Source: a phage
Sequence record: PZ496580.1
Length of the DNA stretch: 64,000 nt
Strand: one strand, 5' to 3'
Numbering within the stretch: the first letter of the stretch is position 1; each line of letters starts with the position of its first letter. This document shows positions 8,424-16,104 of this stretch, in pieces. The notes beneath the pieces are model-generated. The model did no database searches. It was not told the DNA's origin and saw only the letters and a program-made list of their open reading frames with translations. The translations under genes were made by a program, and so were the position numbers.

Positions 8424-8688
8424 AATTGTTAACTACCTTATCAGCTTCTTTTATTGTTTTTACATCAACTGCGATAATCCGTAAAGGTTCGTCGAAGGTC
8501 CACCAATGATCGTGAATATCAGCTTGTGATTTATCACCAAAGGAATCACGAATATCATTTTTACATTTATAGCTAATATGGCCTTCATAGTCAACATAAA
8601 GGTAATTATCGAAAATCGGCGTTTTTAAGATCATACCGAAAAATCTTTCTTTGTGTGTCTTATCCAGCGTTGCAGTAATTCGCATCAT
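8410..8688 (-). CDS. paralog family member D
   Basis: ORF track; motifs NYLYVDYEG, HDHWW, IIAVDV; GAGGAA SD. Confidence 0.5.
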   Translation of the reverse strand: MMRITATLDKTHKERFFGMILKTPIFDNYLYVDYEGHISYKCKNDIRDSFGDKSQADIHDHWWTFDEPLRIIAVDVKTIKEADKVVNNYEQI

Positions 8689-8700
8689 AATATATTCCTC

Positions 8701-8880
8701 TTAGAAAGGGATGGTCATTTCTTGAGCTTGTACATTCTCATTAGGATTAAACTTCATCCAGCCGATATTGTCTACCAGCATATGCACATTTTTATCATAT
8801 CCTACGTGGGTAGTCAATACTGTATGTGCTTTACCTTCAATTATGAGTTCCATGTACTTCTGAACTTCGATAGCTTTCAT
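8701..8880 (-). CDS. hypothetical small protein (59 aa, below ORF-track cutoff)
   Basis: ATG directly after conserved leader and SD (cat tttgattctcc on plus strand); MKAIEVQKYMELIIEGKAH... Confidence 0.4.
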   Translation of the reverse strand: MKAIEVQKYMELIIEGKAHTVLTTHVGYDKNVHMLVDNIGWMKFNPNENVQAQEMTIPF

Positions 8881-8912
8881 TTTGATTCTCCGTTTGTTGT
8901 CTTGATGGGAGT

Positions 8913-8941
8913 ATCTTACTACTCCCTTTAATCATTGTCAA
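8913..8941 (-). promoter_or_regulatory. sigma70-type early promoter cassette
   Basis: approx; TTGACA-17-TAAGAT; -10 embedded in GGGAGTAGTAAGATACTCCC palindrome. Confidence 0.45.
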
Positions 8942-8944
8942 CTA

Positions 8945-9112
8945 TTATTTGTTAATTTCTGGTGCGTTGCTCGGATAGTAACCTTCTTTAACACCCAGAT
9001 ATTTTGCAACCATTCCGGTGATCTTCTGTGCTACTACGATATCGAATTTCAGGTAGTCTTCACCGTGGTTTGCTACAATGTATGCTTCGCATTCTGCTTT
9101 AGTCTGGAACAT
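8945..9112 (-). CDS. hypothetical small protein (55 aa), copy 2 of duplicated gene
   Basis: MFQTKAECEAYIVANHGEDYLKFDIVVAQK...; near-identical to 5191..5358. Confidence 0.45.
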   Translation of the reverse strand: MFQTKAECEAYIVANHGEDYLKFDIVVAQKITGMVAKYLGVKEGYYPSNAPEINK

Positions 9113-9147
9113 TTTTTGATTCTCCTATATCTCGTTGGTATGTGTGC

Positions 9148-9176
9148 ATTATAGGGGATCACCGATCCCCTGTCAA
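9148..9176 (-). promoter_or_regulatory. sigma70-type early promoter cassette
   Basis: approx; TTGACA-17-TATAAT, spacer GGGGATCGGTGATCCCC identical to cassette at 2838..2866. Confidence 0.6.
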
Positions 9177-9181
9177 CAACT

Positions 9182-9475
9182 TTATAATGCTTTATATGCG
9201 TATTTCATAAATTTGTCTGCCACTTCATTGGCATGTTCAGCTTCTACGCCTGATTCGAGAACAATAGCTAGGTCGGTTTCGTCATTCCCGCCGTACCAAT
9301 GATTTGATGTTCGATTTTTTTCAATTGGAAATTGGTCACTTTTATCTGTGCGACAAAATACATCTAAATGCTCGTCGATGTAAAAGATCCAATCTTCATA
9401 AAGAATAACGGTATTAGCCAGATTTTTATTGCCTTCAACGAAAGGTTCGGCTACAAACAAATTAGTATGTTCCAT
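9182..9475 (-). CDS. paralog family member E (divergent)
   Basis: trimmed to MEHTNLF start with GAGGAA SD; motifs IFYIDEHLDV, SNHW, AIVLESG. Confidence 0.4.
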   Translation of the reverse strand: MEHTNLFVAEPFVEGNKNLANTVILYEDWIFYIDEHLDVFCRTDKSDQFPIEKNRTSNHWYGGNDETDLAIVLESGVEAEHANEVADKFMKYAYKAL

Positions 9476-9491
9476 AACAATTTCCTCAAAA

Positions 9492-9683
9492 TTATACAAC
9501 TTCGTAAACTTCCCAATGTTCAGCGCCAGCACGCTTAACGAAAAGGTTTTCTTTGATGTTATTCATAAACGTATGAATGGATTTAATGCGGTTGGAAGGT
9601 TTCCAGTCTTCGTTAGCATTGCGGCGATACATTATAACATTACCAGATCGCTTATATTCAGCAACCATTTTAAGACCACACAT
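9492..9683 (-). CDS. hypothetical protein (63 aa)
   Basis: ORF track; GAGGAT SD. Confidence 0.4.
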   Translation of the reverse strand: MCGLKMVAEYKRSGNVIMYRRNANEDWKPSNRIKSIHTFMNNIKENLFVKRAGAEHWEVYEVV

Positions 9684-9732
9684 AATATTATCCTCAATTT
9701 GTGGGAGAGTATTACCCCTCCCGATGTTTGTT

Positions 9733-9761
9733 ATATTACATTACACAAAATGGCGTGTCAA
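9733..9761 (-). promoter_or_regulatory. sigma70-type early promoter
   Basis: approx; TTGACA-17-TAATAT, -35 lies inside 3' end of upstream ORF. Confidence 0.4.
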
Positions 9762-10061
9762 TGCTTCTTTTGCTGTTCCGCTAAGACTTTCGATCTCGCC
9801 TGGCATAACATCAACTGCCAGAACTTCTACAACATCCTCGGACCCTAACCAGTGAGTATGACCTTTGTAGAACTTGATGACCAGACTACCTTCCTCGTCC
9901 CATTTAACGCTATCGCTAGCCCACCACACATCACCGTCGATAAAGTTGATGTAAAGCACACTACGCCACATTGAATTAATTACTTTCAATACTGCGCCTT
10001 TCATCTCTTCCACGGTATGGTCTTCCATTTTGAAGACCTCACCTACCTGAACTTTTGCCAT
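9741..10061 (-). CDS. paralog family member F
   Basis: ORF track; motifs LYINFIDGD, GHTHWL, VLAVDVM; GAGAGG SD. Confidence 0.5.
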   Translation of the reverse strand: MAKVQVGEVFKMEDHTVEEMKGAVLKVINSMWRSVLYINFIDGDVWWASDSVKWDEEGSLVIKFYKGHTHWLGSEDVVEVLAVDVMPGEIESLSGTAKEALTRHFV

Positions 10062-10081
10062 TTAGTTTTACCTCTCGTTAA

Positions 10082-10261
10082 TTACATTACGATCACGCCA
10101 GCCGTTGAAAGTTGATGTTTCAACTGAGCATTTTCTGCTACCGTCAAATCAATGATTTCTTGTGACGCTGCAATCATATAGCCATTGGTGATATTGTTTT
10201 GCATCAGTTCAATGGTTTCTTCGTTGTAGCGGATTTTAGCGATGATTTCGTTGAAGTTCAT
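10082..10261 (-). CDS. hypothetical small protein (59 aa)
   Basis: track ORF 10082..10327 trimmed to MNFNEII start; upstream part is the promoter/leader itself. Confidence 0.45.
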   Translation of the reverse strand: MNFNEIIAKIRYNEETIELMQNNITNGYMIAASQEIIDLTVAENAQLKHQLSTAGVIVM

Positions 10262-10295
10262 AATTGATTCTCCTAGTTCGTTTCGGTATGTGTGT

Positions 10296-10324
10296 AGTAT
10301 AGGGGATCGGTGATCCCCTGTCAA
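10296..10324 (-). promoter_or_regulatory. sigma70-type early promoter cassette
   Basis: approx; TTGACA-17-TATACT; GGGGATCACCGATCCCC spacer. Confidence 0.5.
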
Positions 10325-10337
10325 CAACTTTTTTGAA

Positions 10338-10814
10338 TTATTTTTCTTGATGCTCGCGCTCGTACTTTTCGAAATAAAATTCTACTGGCTGGTCGTGGAT
10401 TGAAAGCAAGCCAAAGCGTTTAGCCGCTCGTAATCCCATATTGCGCTGAATGTACTTCTGGAAGTTCTCGCGTATACACTTACGCCAGTATTCTAAGCCC
10501 ATACAGCTTTTATAAAGATTGCATTGCACACATGCCGGATTCATGTTATCAAGTATATCATGCTCCGGTTTATGCATTCCTACAACCTTATACTTCCACG
10601 ATCCATCATCGTTACGGGAAATGCGCCCATTTTCATCATAGACTACTTTTGAGCGTCGTAATACTGGTTTGATATGATCCGCGTGCCAGCGTTCTCCTAG
10701 TACCTCTCCGCAATAGGCACAACGTCCACCGTATTTCATTTTCAGGATCTGGCGTTGCTCTTTCTTTGACAATTTTTTAGGTTTAGGGGCTTTCGCCCCT
10801 TCATTATCACACAT
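10338..10814 (-). CDS. HNH endonuclease (free-standing, candidate homing endonuclease)
   Basis: 158 aa; CAYCGEV...HADHIKP...C..CN motif typical of HNH; start overlaps 3' end of ligase gene by 8 nt. Confidence 0.6.
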   Translation of the reverse strand: MCDNEGAKAPKPKKLSKKEQRQILKMKYGGRCAYCGEVLGERWHADHIKPVLRRSKVVYDENGRISRNDDGSWKYKVVGMHKPEHDILDNMNPACVQCNLYKSCMGLEYWRKCIRENFQKYIQRNMGLRAAKRFGLLSIHDQPVEFYFEKYEREHQEK

Positions 10815-12303
10815 CGAATACCTCTTTTACTGTATTTGCAGTGGTCTTGTCGTAGCGAATACGTTTGATGATCGGGAGAAATAAAGAGAACTCCGGTTCA
10901 TCTTCTTTACGTGATTTGCTGCGGATATACCCGTTGCATGTCATCTCAATGACTTTTCCGATCAGGTTATGACGGTCAGCCCATAACATTTCTCGGTCAA
11001 GTTCATTTCGACGATCGAACGGAATTACACGTTCAATACCATCATCACCTTTTTCGGTTGTGGTGTCGGTCAATCCCGATCCGGTGTTAGTCATCATTCG
11101 TCCGCACGCACTACGGACAGTAAAACCGCCTACCTTATTAGGATCTTTACTATGCGGATATACATCAACAATTTCCGCGTCGAAGTCAATCACTTCTTTA
11201 AATTTAACCTGATCTTTACTGCGACGATCTTCAAATACACCATGTAAATTTTTAAGGATAATACCTTCTAAGCCCATGTTTACATAGCGATGATATACTT
11301 CGCGAGCTTCATCTATATTGTTAACTACAGTGTTTTCGATTATCTGAACACGAGGATCGTTAAGTTCTTCAACAATCTGTTTTAGTTCTTCGAATCGATC
11401 TTTATATTGCTTCGTTGCTTTCTCGTTTCCGTAATACACATCACGGTCGATAACATCCCAGACAGTGTAAACAATACATTGGGCTTCTTCTTTTGGAATA
11501 GTTCCTTTCAGTGATTTGTTGAGGATGCCATTTCCGGTCTGACGATCTGCAACAACGGATTCTTTCACTGCTTCCGCTACTGGCGTTAATGGCATTTCCT
11601 CTTCTTCAAATATCCATGACAGAGTACCGTCATAAACGCTCTCAACGAAGTTCTGCGCTGGTGTTTGCGAAAGGGTAGGCATATATACCAATTCGCCATC
11701 TAGAACAATTCCACGTCCTCGTAGACGCTCTAAAACCGCAAACAAATCATCAAGCCCCTGATAGGTATTACCTGAACGGGTATAGATTGCTAATGTTTCC
11801 CCGTCAATATCAGCCATACCACGAGCGCCATCGCTTTTAAGTTGTGCATATGCAGGATATTTGATATTAGCAATGGCCTTATCAGAATATGACGATGCAA
11901 GGTGGCACGGTTGCTGGGGGATCAGTTTCTTCCATACCTTGTTTGCAGTGGTAGCGGAACAACCGCATTCCAGGTCACGATTCAGGACCATCATTGCAAC
12001 TTTAGCATCATCTTCTGACAAGCAAGTCAGAGTATCGGTAACTAGCTGTAATGCTGCATTGCCAGTTACTTGACGTGTGGCAAGTTTATTTTTAAAGACT
12101 TGTAATGCACCGGATAAAGACAATACAGACGAATATCGCGATGGTTTATCGTATTTCTTTACGCCAAACGTAACCTGTTTGCAATATGCCAGATAAAAGC
12201 ATTCTTTCAGAGTGTCATTGCTTGCTGATTCTTTCAGGATCTTTTCTTTCAGCGATGTTTTGTCTGTTGCTGCAAGCTGATTAATGATATTAAGAATTGA
12301 CAT
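10807..12303 (-). CDS. 30: ATP-dependent DNA ligase
   Basis: ~498 aa; collinear with T4 gp30 from memory (KADGARC-type adenylation Lys region LKSDGARG, GLEGIILKN, C-terminal IKRIRYDKT); track start is GTG, likely true ATG 6 nt downstream. Confidence 0.85.
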   Translation of the reverse strand: MSILNIINQLAATDKTSLKEKILKESASNDTLKECFYLAYCKQVTFGVKKYDKPSRYSSVLSLSGALQVFKNKLATRQVTGNAALQLVTDTLTCLSEDDAKVAMMVLNRDLECGCSATTANKVWKKLIPQQPCHLASSYSDKAIANIKYPAYAQLKSDGARGMADIDGETLAIYTRSGNTYQGLDDLFAVLERLRGRGIVLDGELVYMPTLSQTPAQNFVESVYDGTLSWIFEEEEMPLTPVAEAVKESVVADRQTGNGILNKSLKGTIPKEEAQCIVYTVWDVIDRDVYYGNEKATKQYKDRFEELKQIVEELNDPRVQIIENTVVNNIDEAREVYHRYVNMGLEGIILKNLHGVFEDRRSKDQVKFKEVIDFDAEIVDVYPHSKDPNKVGGFTVRSACGRMMTNTGSGLTDTTTEKGDDGIERVIPFDRRNELDREMLWADRHNLIGKVIEMTCNGYIRSKSRKEDEPEFSLFLPIIKRIRYDKTTANTVKEVFDV

Positions 12304-12769
12304 TTTCACCTCGTTTTGTTAAACGTTCACGAATATCATTGAGGATACTACAAAATTCTGATTCGGTCAATATGGTCTTTAACGGATCAGTTCCACCTAT
12401 GCTATGACGTAATTTCTTATTTCCGGTAGCGAGTAACGCTTTACAAAATTCCGGGTTATTCCTTGCCATCGTAACAAATGCCAGATGTACCAGTCTGTAA
12501 TAATGCTCACTCATTCGATGAATCGGGCGACCCTGAAAATATAACATGTGATTCTCTATCTTTTCAGTCCTTCCGGTTCTTTTTGCTTTGCCACCGTACA
12601 TCAAAAAGATTTCTCTTTGTCTCTGAGGGTTCTTAAATCTTAGCCCCTGTAAAAATCCTTCTGTGCTGTTAATATCGCAACCAAATAGACGGAATGGTCT
12701 TTTATTGAAATTACTCAATTCACCAGATGGATAAGGTCCACCCGCATAGATATCAATTTCAGAAGTCAT
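12290..12769 (-). CDS. NADAR (YbiA/DUF1768)-like protein, candidate ADP-ribose-processing glycohydrolase
   Basis: 159 aa; GELSNF, STEGFLQGLRF and KALLATGNKKL motifs resemble NADAR family signatures. Confidence 0.5.
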   Translation of the reverse strand: MTSEIDIYAGGPYPSGELSNFNKRPFRLFGCDINSTEGFLQGLRFKNPQRQREIFLMYGGKAKRTGRTEKIENHMLYFQGRPIHRMSEHYYRLVHLAFVTMARNNPEFCKALLATGNKKLRHSIGGTDPLKTILTESEFCSILNDIRERLTKRGENVNS

Positions 12770-12923
12770 TGAAACTAATCTCGCTAATCAGAGAGAACGG
12801 ATCATAATCGTCATGAGGAATATCGATAGTAATCGAATGAGGATTTACCCATACACCAAACTGGTCTTCTTCGGTGAATACTTCGGTATGGATTTCGTGG
12901 ATGTTTACATTCATAGTTTTCAT
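12759..12923 (-). CDS. hypothetical small protein (54 aa, below cutoff)
   Basis: stop overlaps ATG of NADAR gene; weak AAGGAA SD. Confidence 0.3.
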   Translation of the reverse strand: MKTMNVNIHEIHTEVFTEEDQFGVWVNPHSITIDIPHDDYDPFSLISEISFNDF

Positions 12924-12977
12924 AATAAAAATTCCTTAATAATCAATAACTTACAAAATCATATAGCCAAAATATAG

Positions 12978-12998
12978 GCGGGATTATTACCCGCCGTT
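12978..12998 (-). terminator. intrinsic terminator after gene 31
   Basis: approx; GGCGGG-loop-CCCGCC then U-rich tail on minus strand. Confidence 0.45.
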
Positions 12999-13006
12999 TA
13001 AAATCA

Positions 13007-13330
13007 TTAACCGTAAACTACCACAATATTCTGTTTGTGCGTTACAGTCCATTTCAGGTCGATCTCTTCTTCCTTCTTAACGCCGTTAATAACGTCTGGA
13101 TGAGGAACTTTATTCATCTTTCCATGTGGCAGTAGAACAGTTTTACCCAGCAATTCTTTATCTACCGTTTCACCAATATCAATAATCTTACCTACCAGCG
13201 GAATCTCGCCCATAGTGCGCTTTTGCTCAATAATGATCCCCATAGAGCTTTTTACTTCGGTCCCTGCGCTTTCTGCTTTAGCTTCGATAATTACATAATC
13301 ACCAAGTGCTTTAGGAGTTTTAACGGTCAT
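13007..13330 (-). CDS. 31: GroES-like co-chaperonin
   Basis: 107 aa; position between cd and 30 and weak similarity to T4 gp31 (GxYV...E...G.I). Confidence 0.5.
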   Translation of the reverse strand: MTVKTPKALGDYVIIEAKAESAGTEVKSSMGIIIEQKRTMGEIPLVGKIIDIGETVDKELLGKTVLLPHGKMNKVPHPDVINGVKKEEEIDLKWTVTHKQNIVVVYG

Positions 13331-13371
13331 AATTTTATTACCTCTTCAAATCAATACAGTTTAATGATGAA

Positions 13372-13692
13372 TTATTTATAAATTTCGACGATCTGCGCTG
13401 GCGTCAATCCGTCTACATGAATCAGGCTATCAAGACCAAAACTACGAAAACCTTCAACTGCAATTTCATATACTGGCAAAGATGTTTCTGATTCTTTACG
13501 CGGTTTTTCAACATTCGGAACTAACCATTTTTCGTATGTTTCGAAAGGCATCAGTGCCGGATCTCGCGTGGCGATCATCTCGCGGACAGTACCATCTTTC
13601 TTAGTAAACTGCAAAGAGTGAGTACCGACCGAAAACATTTTCTTTAGTGCTTCACGAAGTGCGATATTATCAATTTGTTCAGTCATTATCAA
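13372..13692 (-). CDS. hypothetical protein (106 aa)
   Basis: ORF track; overlaps cd by 14 nt. Confidence 0.4.
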   Translation of the reverse strand: MIMTEQIDNIALREALKKMFSVGTHSLQFTKKDGTVREMIATRDPALMPFETYEKWLVPNVEKPRKESETSLPVYEIAVEGFRSFGLDSLIHVDGLTPAQIVEIYK

Positions 13693-14185
13693 TACCCTTC
13701 AAATCAGTCAATAATGCTTTTGGAATACGCGTGATCGTAATATCTGCATTATTCAGAATATCAGCCCAATCACGCCCACCATTTCGATCATATGTGTCGC
13801 AATAGTATAGATGTTTAATTCCACTGTTTGCAATTGCTTTAGCGCAATCTGGACACGGTGAAGCAGTACACCACATACTAGCGCCTTCAATCGATACACC
13901 GCTACGGGCAGCAAACAAAATAGCATTTAATTCAGCATGGATCTCGTTTTTCTGTGACCATGCACTATGTTCTGGTCGTTTTTCTGGGATCATTTTGCCG
14001 TCATCATCCAGCCAACCGCTTTTATGTGCATGACAGCTACAATTTACTTGCCCTGCTGGAGTGCCGTTAAATCCAGTAGAAATGATTCGCCCGTCTTTTT
14101 CAATTAGTGCGCCTACCTTCCACGAAACGCATTTAGAGTTCTTTGCGATTAGATAGGCGATCTGCATGTAAGTTTGTGACAACAT
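13679..14185 (-). CDS. cd: dCMP deaminase
   Basis: 168 aa; zinc-binding HAELNAI and PCPDCA motifs of the cytidine/dCMP deaminase family. Confidence 0.8.
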   Translation of the reverse strand: MLSQTYMQIAYLIAKNSKCVSWKVGALIEKDGRIISTGFNGTPAGQVNCSCHAHKSGWLDDDGKMIPEKRPEHSAWSQKNEIHAELNAILFAARSGVSIEGASMWCTASPCPDCAKAIANSGIKHLYYCDTYDRNGGRDWADILNNADITITRIPKALLTDLKGIDND

Positions 14186-14206
14186 AATATAATCCTCACA
14201 TATTAA

Positions 14207-14410
14207 TTAACCGTATACGCGAAAGTATTCTACCGATCCGTCGCTATACTGTTTTACATTGAATGTATTCACACCATGATCATTGCTCATAATGACATAT
14301 ACACTGCGACGCTCATCACCAAACGGGTTAACTGGTGCGGGTTCAATTTCAACATTAAAACCACGTTTAGCAAGTGCTTCGCCTAATTGCTTGAGTTTAT
14401 CGGTAAACAT
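14207..14410 (-). CDS. hypothetical protein (67 aa)
   Basis: ORF track; immediately downstream of pseT. Confidence 0.4.
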   Translation of the reverse strand: MFTDKLKQLGEALAKRGFNVEIEPAPVNPFGDERRSVYVIMSNDHGVNTFNVKQYSDGSVEYFRVYG

Positions 14411-15288
14411 TAAAAGTCTCCGTAGTTAACCTGAAAACATTCTACACCAATTGAGCGGTACATGTCAACCACTTGATCACGGTCATCTACTGCCAAAACA
14501 ACATGATAACGCGGTGCAATTTCAGAGAAGAAAATCTCTTTCTTTACTTCATGATCAGGACGACGATCATTAGTTTCACGCTGGAAGTGATCGCTAGGTT
14601 CAATACCCTGTTCACGCAGCCATTGCAGAGTATCTTCTTCGCAAACATCCTCACGCCCTGAGCATGTAATGATACGATAACCATTATCACGATACAGTTT
14701 AAGCATTTCGATCACTTGCGGACGCGGTTTATCTTCTTTGACCTTTGTCCAGTCAAACGGATGACGACCGCCCTTATCCGCTAATGTACCATCAATATCA
14801 AAGATCACTGCCTTTGGCAGCATGGTATTAGGTTTGTATACTTCTTGACCCATATATTCCTGCATCAGATAAAATTGGTTACGCAAATGAGATAGCGGAA
14901 TTGCTTTCTCTCCGCGATAGAAATTACGTTTCTTTAGTGTCTCAAACGGTTCATTGAACACTTGTTCAGTATACACCGCGTTAAATTCTTTTGCAAGTTC
15001 TTTGTAGAATACACGATGTTTTTCTTTCAGGTTGGTATCAGAGATAATGATACTCAATCCGCGTGATAGAGTCTCACGAGCAATCATTCTCTGAATAGAC
15101 TCTACCAGCTTTTCTTTTTCCTTAGTATACTTGTATTTCAAAAGTGAGTCAACACCAAACAACATAAGACGAAGATCATCACGATTCACATTACGATAAT
15201 TACTAAACCGTTTACATGTTTCCATAGCCCATGTAGTTTTACCGGACCCAGAACAACCAACGGTTAAAATCACTTCACATTTCGGCAT
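14410..15288 (-). CDS. pseT: polynucleotide 5'-kinase / 3'-phosphatase
   Basis: trimmed to MPKCEV start (GAAGGAGA SD); Walker A GCSGSGKTT, HAD motif DIDGT, C-terminal WQV..GDF as in T4 Pnk. Confidence 0.85.
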   Translation of the reverse strand: MPKCEVILTVGCSGSGKTTWAMETCKRFSNYRNVNRDDLRLMLFGVDSLLKYKYTKEKEKLVESIQRMIARETLSRGLSIIISDTNLKEKHRVFYKELAKEFNAVYTEQVFNEPFETLKKRNFYRGEKAIPLSHLRNQFYLMQEYMGQEVYKPNTMLPKAVIFDIDGTLADKGGRHPFDWTKVKEDKPRPQVIEMLKLYRDNGYRIITCSGREDVCEEDTLQWLREQGIEPSDHFQRETNDRRPDHEVKKEIFFSEIAPRYHVVLAVDDRDQVVDMYRSIGVECFQVNYGDF

Positions 15289-15740
15289 TATTTCTCCTTC
15301 GGTTTGCACCTTTCCTCATTAAGTTCTTTGCGATAATAACACATGATCATCTTACTTTCAAGTGTATATCTCTTAATATCCGCAAGCCAGACTCTGAATT
15401 TTTGGGAGTCCTCCCACGACATAGAAACTCTAGGTTTACCGTCTATTGTATCCACTTTCAGGTCAATGTCAACTTTTTCTATTGGTGCTGGTAGTGGTGG
15501 ATGTAATTTCGGTTCCTGTGAATAATGGTCCATTGTACACGAAGAAAGAGCAAATACAATAGGTACAGCGAAGACATGGATTATGGCGGTCTGAAAATTC
15601 TTATGTGCTTTCTTAAACATCCAGTGTATCACGAAAATTGAAAACACCATCAGGATAATAATGCTTGCACCTATCCCCAGATAATCAACCAGATTAAAAT
15701 TGCTTATCTGCTCTTGCGTAGGCAATATTTCTATGCTCAT
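15288..15740 (-). CDS. membrane protein, possible o-spanin (internal lipobox LSSC)
   Basis: 150 aa; ATG overlaps i-spanin stop (ATGA) with AAAGGAGG SD; N-terminal TM, second hydrophobic segment ending in LSSC, Pro-rich Cys-containing tail. Confidence 0.35.
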   Translation of the reverse strand: MSIEILPTQEQISNFNLVDYLGIGASIIILMVFSIFVIHWMFKKAHKNFQTAIIHVFAVPIVFALSSCTMDHYSQEPKLHPPLPAPIEKVDIDLKVDTIDGKPRVSMSWEDSQKFRVWLADIKRYTLESKMIMCYYRKELNEERCKPKEK

Positions 15741-16060
15741 TTAGTCGCCTCCTTTAATTCTTCGGTAAACTCCTTAAATGAATCATTAAGCTGTTTCTCT
15801 ACCAACTTGGGTTTTTGTGCTACTACATAGCCTCGTGTAGCGTCTTTCATTGCTTTGTTTTGTTCTTCTGCAAACTTAGTTCTTATTCCGTACATCTCCT
15901 TTTGCAGCGAGTCTACAATCTTCATCTTCTCATCTGTCTTTTTCTTATATTCTGTAAATTCCTGATTCAGTCGATCTACCTCCTTTTTATTTTCCCACCA
16001 CATATTGCCACCTACCCCCAGCAACACAGATATGATAACAATGTATATCAGCTTTGACAT
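15737..16060 (-). CDS. i-spanin-like protein (N-terminal TM plus coiled coil)
   Basis: track ORF (TTG start) trimmed to MSKLIYIVII; single N-terminal TM then charged helical region; next to pseT where T4 spanins lie. Confidence 0.45.
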   Translation of the reverse strand: MSKLIYIVIISVLLGVGGNMWWENKKEVDRLNQEFTEYKKKTDEKMKIVDSLQKEMYGIRTKFAEEQNKAMKDATRGYVVAQKPKLVEKQLNDSFKEFTEELKEATK

Positions 16061-16075
16061 ATTACCCCCAACGAC

Positions 16076-16098
16076 AAAAGGCGGGGAACTAGCCCCGC
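16076..16098 (-). terminator. intrinsic terminator after rnlA
   Basis: approx; GCGGGG-loop-CCCCGC followed by TTTTGT on minus strand. Confidence 0.4.
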
Positions 16099-16104
16099 TT
16101 ATTA

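Noticed and set aside
2838-10324. Possible CRISPR-like array suggested by the many short repeats
   Set aside because: Repeats are promoter plus leader cassettes at irregular spacing of hundreds of bp, each followed by an SD and ORF; no uniform repeat-spacer periodicity and no cas genes
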